Source of the DNA: Octopus sinensis
Lineage: Eukaryota
Length of the DNA: 64,000 nt
Assembly: GCF_006345805.1 (NCBI RefSeq)
Contig: NC_043007.1
Coordinates: 45,322,001 to 45,386,000 of the forward strand
Direction: 5' to 3'
Shown here: positions 53,512 to 64,000 of the stretch, piece after piece
Numbering within the stretch: position 1 is the first letter of the stretch
Layout: each line of letters begins with the position of its first letter
Translations under genes and position numbers: made by a program
The notes under the pieces: model-generated
The model's input: the letters and a program-made list of their open reading frames with translations, nothing else
Told to the model about the DNA's origin: nothing
Databases searched by the model: none

Positions 53512-54596
53512 ATACTGAATCCAGTGTAGAACTTTTCCACGGATTCCAACATTTGCCAATTTTGAGAGTAGGATGTTATGGTCTACCCTGTCGAACGCTT
53601 TACTGAAGTCAAGGTATATGACGTCAGAGTTCGAACCTGTTCCCAAGGCTTTGAGTACATCTTCAATGTGGTGTAAGAGCTGTGTTAGACAGTCCCTGCC
53701 ACAGCGAAAGCCATGTTGATTTGAATTTAGGAGTTTGTGGGTCTCCAGGAAGTCAGCTATCCTTGATCTTAACACTCTTTCAAACACTTTAATGATGTGG
53801 GAGGTGAGTGAGATTGGGCGATAGTTGACTGCGAGGGATCTGTTTCCCTGTTTGAAAACCGGGATGACCGACTGGGATAGAAACTTTTTCGGTATATAAC
53901 CTGCGTCTAACGAGTTTCTCCAGAGGTTGATCAGAGGGACTGCAAGTTGATATCTACATTCCTTCAGGAGACTGGCGGGAAATCTATCAGGGCCTACAGC
54001 GGAGTAATGTTTGACCTCATTTATTGCTGCTACGATGTCGGTGGCAGTGAAGGTTATGTCTGCGATTTTGTGTTGGGAGTCAGCTTCGTTCGTTTCCCTC
54101 ACAACAATATCAGTGGGAACACTGAAGACAGAGCAATATTGTTTCTGCAGTATTTCTGCCATTTCTTTAGCATCGTGTTGGGGAATGCCGTTTTCATCAA
54201 TCAATGGCCCAATAGGTGAGACAGTGGTTCTATGCTTATTTGCATAAGAATAGAACACTTTTGGGTTCTGTTTGATGTTTTTGATTACCCATTGTTCCTC
54301 CACAGCTCTTTGATTTTCAATGGAGGTTTTCATGTTAGTCTGCAGATGAAGTTTTTCCAGCTCTAGTCTTTTCATTATTGTTGAATGTGGATGTTGCGTG
54401 TGGGAATATTTTAATTGGTTGATTTTTTTGTTGAGTCTTTTGATGCGCCTGATGAGTGTTTTTTTCTTTTTAGGGAGCCGGTTTCTGTTTGTGTTAGTAG
54501 ATTCTTGGGAGCGTGTTTAGAGCATGTGTCGGTGACAATGGTTTCAAAGTGCTGCCACGCGGTCTCAATATGAGGGGAATTGAGAGTAAAAGACCA
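53512..54596 (-). repeat. Inverted near-identical copy of LINE segment 54906-55991
   Basis: ORF 53476-54375 (minus) has the same translation as the matching part of the plus ORF. Only two differences were seen in the parts compared, both in A-runs. Confidence 0.95.
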
Positions 54597-57059
54597 TCAG
54601 ATAGGGCAGCAGCAGAACTGCTCTTTAATCTGATGGATGAGTATTTCCTGACTCAGCTAGTGCTTGAACCAACGAGACAGAATAAAACGATCTTGGATCT
54701 GGTACTGACCAATCACTCTAGCTACGTTCACAGCATTTCAGTCGAAAAAACTCTCCTCTCAGACCACGACATGGTACTCTGCAATCTTAATTCCCGACGT
54801 ATAAAAACCAAACCAGCCAATCCCACTCCATGGCACCCATTTGACAACATAAATTTCCACAAAGCGGACTGGGGAACAATCAGAAAGGATCTGTCTTCCA
54901 TCGACTGGTCTTTTACTCTCAATTCCCCTCATATTGAGACCGCGTGGCAGCACTTTGAAACCATTGTCACCGACACATGCTCTAAACACGCTCCCAAGAA
55001 ATCTACTAACACAAACAGAAACCGGCTCCCTAAAAAGAAAAAAACACTCATCAGGCGCATCAAAAGACTCAACAAAAACATCAACCAATTAAAATATTCC
55101 CACACGCAACATCCACATTCAACAATAATGAAAAGACTAGAGCTGGAAAAACTTCATCTGCAGACTAACATGAAAACCTCCATTGAAAATCAAAGAGCTG
55201 TGGAGGAACAATGGGTAATCAAAAACATCAAACAGAACCCAAAAGTGTTCTATTCTTATGCAAATAAGCATAGAACCACTGTCTCACCTATTGGGCCATT
55301 GATTGATGAAAACGGCATTCCCCAACACGATGCTAAAGAAATGGCAGAAATACTGCAGAAACAATATTGCTCTGTCTTCAGTGTTCCCACTGATATTGTT
55401 GTGAGGGAAACGAACGAAGCTGACTCCCAACACAAAATCGCAGACATAACCTTCACTGCCACCGACATCGTAGCAGCAATAAATGAGGTCAAACATTACT
55501 CCGCTGTAGGCCCTGATAGATTTCCCGCCAGTCTCCTGAAGGAATGTAGATATCAACTTGCAGTCCCTCTGATCAACCTCTGGAGAAACTCGTTAGACGC
55601 AGGTTATATACCGAAAAAGTTTCTATCCCAGTCGGTCATCCCGGTTTTCAAACAGGGAAACAGATCCCTCGCAGTCAACTATCGCCCAATCTCACTCACC
55701 TCCCACATCATTAAAGTGTTTGAAAGAGTGTTAAGATCAAGGATAGCTGACTTCCTGGAGACCCACAAACTCCTAAATTCAAATCAACATGGCTTTCGCT
55801 GTGGCAGGGACTGTCTAACACAGCTCTTACACCACATTGAAGATGTACTCAAAGCCTTGGGAACAGGTTCGAACTCTGACGTCATATACCTTGACTTCAG
55901 TAAAGCGTTCGACAGGGTAGACCATAACATCCTACTCTCAAAATTGGCAAATGTTGGAATCCGTGGAAAAGTTCTACACTGGATTCAGTATTTCCTAGCG
56001 AATAGAACACAACATGTTGTAGTTGATGGAGTCCACTCAAACCCAGCAAAAGTCACCAGCGGTGTTCCCCAGGGAACTGTTTTGGGTCCGCTACTCTTCA
56101 TAATTTATGTAAACGACCTTTCCAGTGTCGTACATCACTGCAAAGTGAAAATATTCGCTGATGACACTAAGCTCCAGCAAATCGTCAATGAAGAAGCAGA
56201 CCGAACTCAACTCCAGTCTGACCTATATGCTGTGAGTCAATGGGCAGACAGAAACAAAATGCAACTGAATGAGGGAAAATTTGAGCTGATGCATTTTGGA
56301 AGAAATTCCTCACTAAAGCAACCATACTCTCTTCCTTCAGGGGAACCGCTCACAGCCTCTAACAATATCAGAGACCTGGGTGTAATTGTTGATGACGATC
56401 TCAGTTGGAGCGCACACATCAACAAGAAGGTCGATACAGCTCGTAGGATGAGTTCCTGGATCTTAAGAACTTTCCGGTCCAGAGAACAAGGTGTCATCAT
56501 ACCACTTTTTTCATCCTTTGTACGGCCACACCTTGAATACTGCTGCCCACTGTGGTCTCCTCACACAAGACAAAACATCTCCAGAATTGAGTCACCCCAG
56601 AGGGCTCTCACTAAACAAATTGAAGGCATGGCTGCTCTCGACTATTGGGATCGCCTTAAAGCCTTGAAACTTTACTCCCTCCAGCGTCGCCGTGAGCGGT
56701 ACATCATTTGTACGATGTGGAAAATATACCGCCAACTTTGCCCAAACGACCTAAACATTAGCTTCAAGGTTCATCCGAGACTTGGACCACGGGCTATACG
56801 TCCCCTGCCAAATTCAAGATCACAACATACATGTACACTGCAACATAATTTCTTTTCCTCAACAGGCCCTGCCCTATTTAACATTGTCCCGAGGGAGATC
56901 AAAGAGGAAAAGGATCCCATCAACTTCAAACAGAGTCTGGATAGATTCCTTCAAAGAATACCAGACAAGCCACCCATAATTGGATACAACTCACCCAACA
57001 AGAACTCACTACTTGAACAAAACTGGATACAACTCACCCAACAAGAACTCACTACTTGA
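54597..57059 (+). CDS. LINE ORF2 (C-terminal endonuclease remnant plus reverse transcriptase), 5'-truncated but uninterrupted
   Basis: EPTR..ILDLVLTN and SDH (APE end), YRPISLTS, QHGFR, YLDFSKAFDRVDH, GVPQGTVLGPLLF, FADDTKL, RPHLEYC. No stop over ~820 codons. Confidence 0.93.
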   Translation, partial: SDRAAAELLFNLMDEYFLTQLVLEPTRQNKTILDLVLTNHSSYVHSISVEKTLLSDHDMVLCNLNSRRIKTKPANPTPWHPFDNINFHKADWGTIRKDLSSIDWSFTLNSPHIETAWQHFETIVTDTCSKHAPKKSTNTNRNRLPKKKKTLIRRIKRLNKNINQLKYSHTQHPHSTIMKRLELEKLHLQTNMKTSIENQRAVEEQWVIKNIKQNPKVFYSYANKHRTTVSPIGPLIDENGIPQHDAKEMAEILQKQYCSVFSVPTDIVVRETNEADSQHKIADITFTATDIVAAINEVKHYSAVGPDRFPASLLKECRYQLAVPLINLWRNSLDAGYIPKKFLSQSVIPVFKQGNRSLAVNYRPISLTSHIIKVFERVLRSRIADFLETHKLLNSNQHGFRCGRDCLTQLLHHIEDVLKALGTGSNSDVIYLDFSKAFDRVDHNILLSKLANVGIRGKVLHWIQYFLANRTQHVVVDGVHSNPAKVTSGVPQGTVLGPLLFIIYVNDLSSVVHHCKVKIFADDTKLQQIVNEEADRTQLQSDLYAVSQWADRNKMQLNEGKFELMHFGRNSSLKQPYSLPSGEPLTASNNIRDLGVIVDDDLSWSAHINKKVDTARRMSSWILRTFRSREQGVIIPLFSSFVRPHLEYCCPLWSPHTRQNISRIESPQRALTKQIEGMAALDYWDRLKALKLYSLQRRRERYIICTMWKIYRQLCPNDLNISFKVHPRLGPRAIRPLPNSRSQHTCTLQHNFFSSTGPALFNIVPREIKEEKDPINFKQSLDRFLQRIPDKPPIIGYNSPNKNSLLEQNWIQLTQQELTT

Positions 57060-57170
57060 ACAAAACTTGACTTAAACAGGATTCGAATAATCCTATCAGG
57101 TGGTGCTATTAAGTTAGACATGGCCTGGACCAATCTCTGGTCGAAACATATCTAAGTTTTATCTAAGTTT

Positions 57171-57268
<98 letters not shown>

Positions 57269-57270
57269 TG

Positions 57271-57301
<31 letters not shown>

Positions 57302-57675
57302 GTGTGTGTGTGTGTGTGTGTGTGCGTGTGAAATAGACTTTCGCTCAATAACACCTTCACTCACCTCCCAATATATGTGTATTTACTAAAGAAAAGTGTT
57401 TCCAAACAAAATATATAGAAATAACAAACATTTACTGAAAATGGACTCAATTGTGACGTGTAAAATGGAATATTTATTATAACAACGCTCCCTTCTTTTC
57501 CAACGTTTTCATGACGATGGCTTATTCAGAATGTCCATACCAATGTATATAAACTTACATACATGTATACACATGTTGATACGTAGTTAAATCCTGATGT
57601 GTGTATCTGAGTATGGTTTTTCTGTGCGAGTCTCTGTGTCTGTATGGTTACATGTCTTTTCAGTGAGTGTTTGTG

Positions 57676-57707
<32 letters not shown>

Positions 57708-59239
57708 TACACACACACACACACACATATATATATATGTATATATATATGTACATTTATATATACATATATATAGATGTGTTCACTTAGACCACATTTT
57801 CTCACTTCTATTTTGTTTTCCATCTCAAAGTATATTTATTCGCTCAAAATTAGTTGCCATATTTACGACTCAATCGCACGTTAAAATGTTTGCTTACTTG
57901 TACACGTGCCATTTGCGAATTCATCTTCGGAAGATTACATTCTTGTAAACAGGTTTGTTCTGGATAAGGATATTTTAACAGATTTAATATATATACTTAG
58001 CTCTAGGAACAAAACAAGCACTAAAACATAAGTGAAACTGCACGCTATGATATAAAATCTGCGATTCATCCATTACTATTTTCATCTAGTTTTATTGTGT
58101 GTTTGCAAATAGCACCTAACTAAATCATTAACATCATTGCCTATAACTGTAGAGGTTCAGGTTTCTATAATATAATCAGCGATGGTCTAGTTGCATTATC
58201 AATACAATGAAATTGTGAAAAATACCATTCTATTTAAATGTATATGTAGTTTCTGAACGAACATTACCCCATTCTATATATCTAACTTGCGATACAACCG
58301 TAAATGTTTCAATAACAATATTAATTTTTAAAACTACATTCCACTTAATATGGATCACATTGAAAGGGATGTGTTTAATCTTACCCCTTTGCCCTATACG
58401 CACTAGAAGAAGGTCAAAAATCTTCAAATCTTTTAGCCTATCAACCGATGGGAGATGGGATTCATATCATATCAAACAATAAAAGGTTGTCAAATGAACC
58501 TCATCACATTTAGGTAAACTTCTGATTTCAAATCCCATTATTAACATCATCTTTGATTTCATCCTTTCAAATGGGGATAAAATAAAATGCCGAGAAAAAT
58601 TTATGAAAAATCATTCACAGGTAATGATTTTAAATTAATATTCGATTATGGAGAACAAACGTAATAGATCTGCCACCTAGGCTATATCTCTCCTAATCCG
58701 TTCTACTATAAGTTCAAGGTTTGAACTTGTGGGAGAATGCTTAGTCGATTACATCGACCTCAGTGTTCAAATGGTACATATTTTAGCGATCTCGAAAGAA
58801 TGGAAAGCTAACTCGATATCGAGTCACAACGTGAAGACGATGGAACGCCGAGCAATCTATGTCACTCATAATATATGCATGTACAGTTGATATATGCCTG
58901 CGTGATCGCGCGCGTGTGTGTAATTAGAAAAATGCATAAATTTGTTATAAGACATATGCTAACACATAGAAAGTCTTATAATTATATAGAAATACTAGCA
59001 GAGATACCCGGAGTTGCTAGGGATTAAAATGGCATAGCTCTTTAATGTTTTGCTAGTTTCAGGAATGTGACTCTGGTCATGCTGCAACACCACATTTAGT
59101 GGAAGAAATGGGCCCCAGGATTTAGTCTTTGAACATTTACTACTTATTCTATCGGCTCGCTTTGCCATACGGCTAACTTACGGAGACGTAAACACAGTAA
59201 CATCGGTTGTCAAGTGATGGTGGAGGTATAAACACAGAA

Positions 59240-59301
<62 letters not shown>

Positions 59302-59404
59302 CACACACACACACACACACTCACACACACACACACACACATATATACATATATATACACCTATATATATGTATATGTATATATATACGCACATATATAG
59401 AAAT

Positions 59405-59447
<43 letters not shown>

Positions 59448-59659
59448 GATGTCTATATACAAGTCTGAGACCTCCTTCGGTCACGACACAGACCATGGGA
59501 TTGCATCAAGAAAGTTACCCTCCCAGGTACAATATAAATATCTATCGGCCGCAAAATCTCGCGATATAGCTTTAGATATATTAGCCAGAAAAATCCACGA
59601 TCTATTGAGTGCGCGATAAGTAGATCGCGATAGGGCGAGTGAATACTGTACTTTATTTT

Positions 59660-60005
59660 ATTCTTTTACTTGTTTCAGTCATATGTTTGCGGCCATGCTG
59701 GAGCACCACCTTTAGTCGAACAAATCAACCTCAGGATTTATTTTCTTTCTGCCGAACCGCTAAGTTACGGAGACGTAAACACACCAGCATCGTATGTCAA
59801 TTGATGGTGGGGGAACAAGCACACACACATAAATATATACATATGTATACGTCGGGCTTCTTTGACTTTCCGTCTACAAAATCCACTCACAAAGCTTTGG
59901 TCGGCCCGAGGCTATAGAAGACACCAGCCGAAGGTGCCACGCAGTGAGACTGAACCCGGAACAATGTGGATGGGAAGCAAAGTTCTTACCACACAGCCAC
60001 TCATG
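59660..60005 (-). mobile_element. SINE family 1 (full); a further 3' half at 59055-59225
   Basis: TTTTACTTGTTTCAGTCAT tail, GCCGAACCGCTAAGTTAC module, GGTGCCACGCAGTGAGACTGAACCCGG head. Confidence 0.85.
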
Positions 60006-60604
60006 TACTTGTCCAAAGAATATTGATTACTTCTTCGGTCTAATGTTAAATCGCTTTTTGATATAATGCCTCTGAGACGCTCCTGCAGTTTCTGCGAATA
60101 TATAATGCCTCTGGAGACGCTCCTGCAGTTTCTGCGAAGAGCAAGGCAGCTGCGATATTCATTTCAATTACACACGCGCATGTACGTAAGTACGGGCACA
60201 CAAACAATCATATATACGCACACAAACACAGACACACTCATAAACATACATTCATAAGCACACGCACTCATACACACACACACTCGCACACATATACGCA
60301 CACTCACAAACACAGATCTTCATACACAAAAGCGCACACACAAGCACACACTGATATACACGTACCATGCAAACAAAAGGTCAAAGTTGATATATATACA
60401 CGCACATATATGTGACTAAATTGATTAATCTAAAGTACACACGCACCTGTGTGTGTATGTGTGTGTGCGCGTGTGCGTGTACATATATGTTTATATATAT
60501 AATTTATCAGATCAAGTGTATTCATAATATTCTCACATAACTGTTAATTGGTATTCCAAACACAAAATATTACAGATTTATAAACATGTATATATAGAGA
60601 GAGA

Positions 60605-60945
60605 TAGTGGAGGCACATGGCTCAGTGGTTTGAGCGTCGAGCTTACGATCGTGAGGTTGTGAGCTCGAATCCTGGACCGGGCTGCGTGTTGTGTTCTTGA
60701 GCAAGACACTTTATTTCACATTGATCCAGTTCACTCATCTGTAGAAATGAGTTGCAACATCACAGGTGCCAAGCTGTATCTGCTGTTGCCTTTCCCTTGG
60801 ATAACACTGGTGGCGTGGAGAGAGGAGGCCGGTATGCATGGGCGACTGCTGGTCTTCCATAAACAACCTTGCCCGGACTTGTACCTGGAGGGTAACTTTC
60901 TAGGTGCAATCCCATGGTCTGTGTCGTTACCGAAGGGGGTCTCAG
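60605..60945 (+). mobile_element. tRNA/CORE-like SINE, family 3; tail fragment also inverted at 59465-59530
   Basis: A-box-like TGGCTCAGTGG, B-box-like GCTCGAATCC, CORE-like TTCTTGAGCAAGACACTT...TCATCTGTAGAAATGAG. Confidence 0.82.
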
Positions 60946-61074
60946 CATATATAGAGAGATGGATATCGGGCTAAATGTCACAGTTTTCATAAACGCAATT
61001 GAAAACACAATATGCAATCCACAAATAAAAGTACTTTAACTAGTGAAAGAATATAAATTAGATTATTGCTGGGA

Positions 61075-61611
61075 CAACGGTTTACTCAAAGTAACCACCA
61101 TGAACTTGCACAATGGCGTGAAGGCAGATCCGGAAACTTATCATGCGTCCTCCACTACGTCCCTGGCGTTGATTTTCAAATACCTCCTTCAAAGTGGCTA
61201 CCATCTCGGACTTGATGCTGCGAGCAGAGCAGTGGTTGTATTTCTCAACAACATCCTTCATATAACCCATGAGATTTTATAATTGCGGGAATTAAGAGAC
61301 CAGGAATTGGGGCTGGTAGAAACCTCTCCAACCAGGGTTTGGCCACAGTATTTAGCAGCTTCCCCTAGTCATCCGAATTCGTCCCTGTTCAGAAATGTGG
61401 GGGTGAATTCTGGTGTATGGAGGCAGTCAGAACGCCTGCTGTCTCCTTTCCTTCTGGCCGCGGCTTCTTAGTCTTTGTTGCATCTATCTATGTCATGCCC
61501 TAAACCATTTACTGTGTTAATAGACCATTCCCTCTTTATGCTCTCTGATGCCGTTGACTGTTCTCTAATACGTCAAGCTGTTCCTCAAAGAATTTTGCTC
61601 GAATGCCCTGT
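61075..61611 (-). mobile_element. Decayed maT/DD37D-like mariner fragment
   Basis: Minus ORF 61082 (GYMKDVV...FRICLHAIVQVHGGYFE*) is a mariner C-terminus preceded by a degenerate PPNS.DLN..Y motif. TA|CAGGGCATTC end at 61611. Confidence 0.6.
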
Positions 61612-61785
61612 ACACACACATACACACAGACACGCACACACACACATACGCTCACTCGCACCCACATCCACTCATCCAATTGTTCGATAACTCGATAACT
61701 GATGAAGAATTAAGGACCTTCTGTTTGTCTTCTGTTCGTTTTTGCATTCAGTATTAATTATATCGTTTGGTTTATGCATTTCTTC

Positions 61786-61876
<91 letters not shown>

Positions 61877-62220
61877 TGTATGTATATATATAAAATAAGA
61901 TGATGATTCAGATAGAATATGGTACCTGAAAAGCTATGCACCAGGTAGAGTTGGATAATCTCTATGGTTAAGGCCTATGTTTCGTAAGAGTTGAAATATC
62001 AAATAGGATATTTCGGTTGTGTTCACACACAGGAAACCAACCCTATGAGTGATTAGCGATCAAGGGGCTGGTCCAAATGTCTCGTTACTTTGAACAATAC
62101 GTTCTTGGTATACTCAAGGGTGTCCTACATGTCGTAAGTCCCCCTGGTGTGTTATAATCAAAACTGAATAATAACAAACGATGGGTAATTGTCCATCGTT
62201 TGTTATTATTCATTTGATTA

Positions 62221-62410
62221 TAAGGCGGCGAGCTGGCAGAATCGTCAGCACGGCGGGCGGAATGCTTAGCGGTAGTTCGTCTGTCTTTCTGTTCTAAGTT
62301 TAAATTCCGCCGAGGTCGACTTTACCTCTCATCCTTCGGGATCAATAAATTAAGTATCAGTGAAATTCTGGTGTCGATCTAATCGCCTGGCTCCCTCCCA
62401 CCAAGTTTCA
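62221..62410 (+). mobile_element. SINE family 2
   Basis: AAGGCGGCGAGCTGGCAGAATCGTCAGCACGGCGGGCGGAATGCTTAGCGG...CCGCCGAGGTCGACTTT. Confidence 0.85.
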
Positions 62411-62441
62411 AAAATATATATATATATTTCAGATATATATA

Positions 62442-62475
<34 letters not shown>

Positions 62476-63699
62476 CCCACTGAATCAGGACTTTTAATAA
62501 AAAGGGCAGCCTCCTGTTAGGATCGAATATAATATACCCGTGTATCAACAGTGCATATAGTTACTCACTCGTATATCAATGTATATACGGATTCGCTTAC
62601 ATACACATTCACATAAACAAATCTTGATAAGCATCGATGTAAATATGCATATATATGTAAAATCACAAACAGGCGCACGCTGTTATGCAGTATCACGGTC
62701 CACTGTCAGTTCCACATCTAAAGTAGGAAAGGTTCCAGGTATCATGTAAAATAAATATGATGAAGGTCCCAACAACTGTTTCAAACACACTTTTTATAGA
62801 TAAACCACAAATCAAATACATCATAAAAATAAAACCTTTTCTTAAGGTGAATAAAAGTTTAAATCCAAAATTTAACATTTGAGATTTGGCACATAAAGAA
62901 TATATTTTTTGACTTCCTCATCAGGGTGACAATCAAAGAGTGAATATAAACCTTTCTCCTATATAATATCTGACTACGATCTGTATATTCATTCTTTGAT
63001 AGTCATGAAGATGAAGGAGTTAAAATTTATATTCGTTATGAACTAAATCTTATATGCTAAATTTTGAGTTCATATGTTTATTGAGTTCAAGAAAACGATG
63101 CAGTTGATGTAATTGGTCTGTTCACCAATAAAAAGAAATCACGTCCGAAATAGTTGTAGTGAATCTCAACCAATTTGTGTTTTGAATTATATATATATAT
63201 AGCTCAAATTTACAGAAATCAGAAAACGAAGTAAGGCGAGGGAACACGAGTATGTGCACTAGTTTGACGCTAGAGAAGAATGGAGATATAAATATATGAA
63301 TATACATGCCTGTGTGTATACATGCATATATTTTTCATTTATGAAAACCAAACAGGAACGATAGATAGCTGATATATAACCTTACCGTCTGTAAAAATGA
63401 ATATTTATGTCATTTCGTTTTTATTTTTGATACTCTCTTTTTGGAATACAAAATGATTTTTGCAAATCATTTTAAAGGAAACCTAATTCACCTTAAGGTG
63501 TAATGGAAAGTTAATCAGAAGTTAATAAGAAATAAAAATGCAATATTGAATTATTAGAGAAAACGGAACGTTAAATATGTTTTTCCTCCTAAGGTATCAG
63601 TAATTTATCTGTAGAAAAAGTATTTGTATTTTTGTAAAATTGACTGAAGTCATTAATTCTAAGTCTGATATTTCAATTTTAGTGTGATGTTAATCTATA

Positions 63700-63960
63700 T
63701 ATGTAAAACAAAGAATGTGCGTGAGTGTGTGTCTGTGTGTGTGTGTGTATGTGTAGTACGTATGCATTTCTACAGTTTTCAACCGATTTTAACCAAACTT
63801 TGCACATACATTATTTATGCACCATGGATGGTCAGGGGATATAACATTTTGCCCAGCATAATACAATAACCGACCGTCATTTTCACATGTTTTTTTTTGT
63901 AAAAATTGTAGTTTTCACTAGATTCTCTCCTTTTAACTTATGCAGTTTTCAAGTGATTCT
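63700..63960 (+). mobile_element. Possible non-autonomous Helitron/HINE-like element 5' part
   Basis: (GT)n then ATGCATTTCTACAGTTTTCAACCGATTTTAACCAAACTTTGCAC, a pattern typical of such elements (recall only). Confidence 0.45.
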
Positions 63961-64000
63961 CTCCCCTTTCTTTCTCTGTTTATTTATCTCTTCTCTTTCT

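Larger units (their letters stand above)
53512..57171 (+). mobile_element. Young 5'-truncated CR1-group LINE with 5' inverted duplication, inserted in a TA/TG microsatellite
   Basis: Forward body 54597-57171 ends in (ATCTAAGTTTT)x2; 53512-54596 is the revcomp of 54906-55991. Confidence 0.93.

Noticed and set aside
54513-54596. N-terminal 28 codons of the 848-aa ORF
   Set aside because: They lie in the inverted arm and are in frame by chance. The LINE-derived ORF begins at ~54597 and has no native start.
57121-57150. LINE 3' UTR stem GACCA/TGGTC followed by GAAAC
   Set aside because: There is no CUGANGA upstream. It is more simply the 3' stem-loop typical of CR1-group tails.
58995-59030. CTAGCAGAGATACCCGGAGTTGC Helitron-like terminus
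   Set aside because: It is an isolated short match with no body, and its orientation and end identity cannot be determined.

Overview
This is AT-rich, repeat-saturated eukaryotic DNA with no recognisable host protein-coding gene. The SINE repertoire and extreme microsatellite load suggest a coleoid cephalopod, probably Octopus (inference from recalled repeat sequences, not a search). Contents: (1) four or more tRNA-derived SINE families in dozens of copies; (2) one Tc1 relic and three maT/DD37D-like mariner relics; (3) a young 5'-truncated CR1-group LINE with an ~820-codon open ORF2 and a 1.08-kb fold-back inverted duplication, plus an older, more complete relative with a CCCH-finger ORF1; (4) two Penelope-like (GIY-YIG) retroelement relics; (5) a Helitron helicase relic with its hairpin-CTAG end; (6) MITEs and fold-backs. 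The most interesting signal is a set of at least three short, microsatellite-abutting repeat families, plus the Penelope-like 3' flank, each carrying a minimal hammerhead-ribozyme-like fold. One family is a tRNA-headed SINE in a head-to-head palindrome; another has a fixed atypical core (U at position 6). All calls are by eye from the sequence and supplied ORFs. Boundaries of degenerate elements are approximate (tens of bp), and no ribozyme activity is shown.
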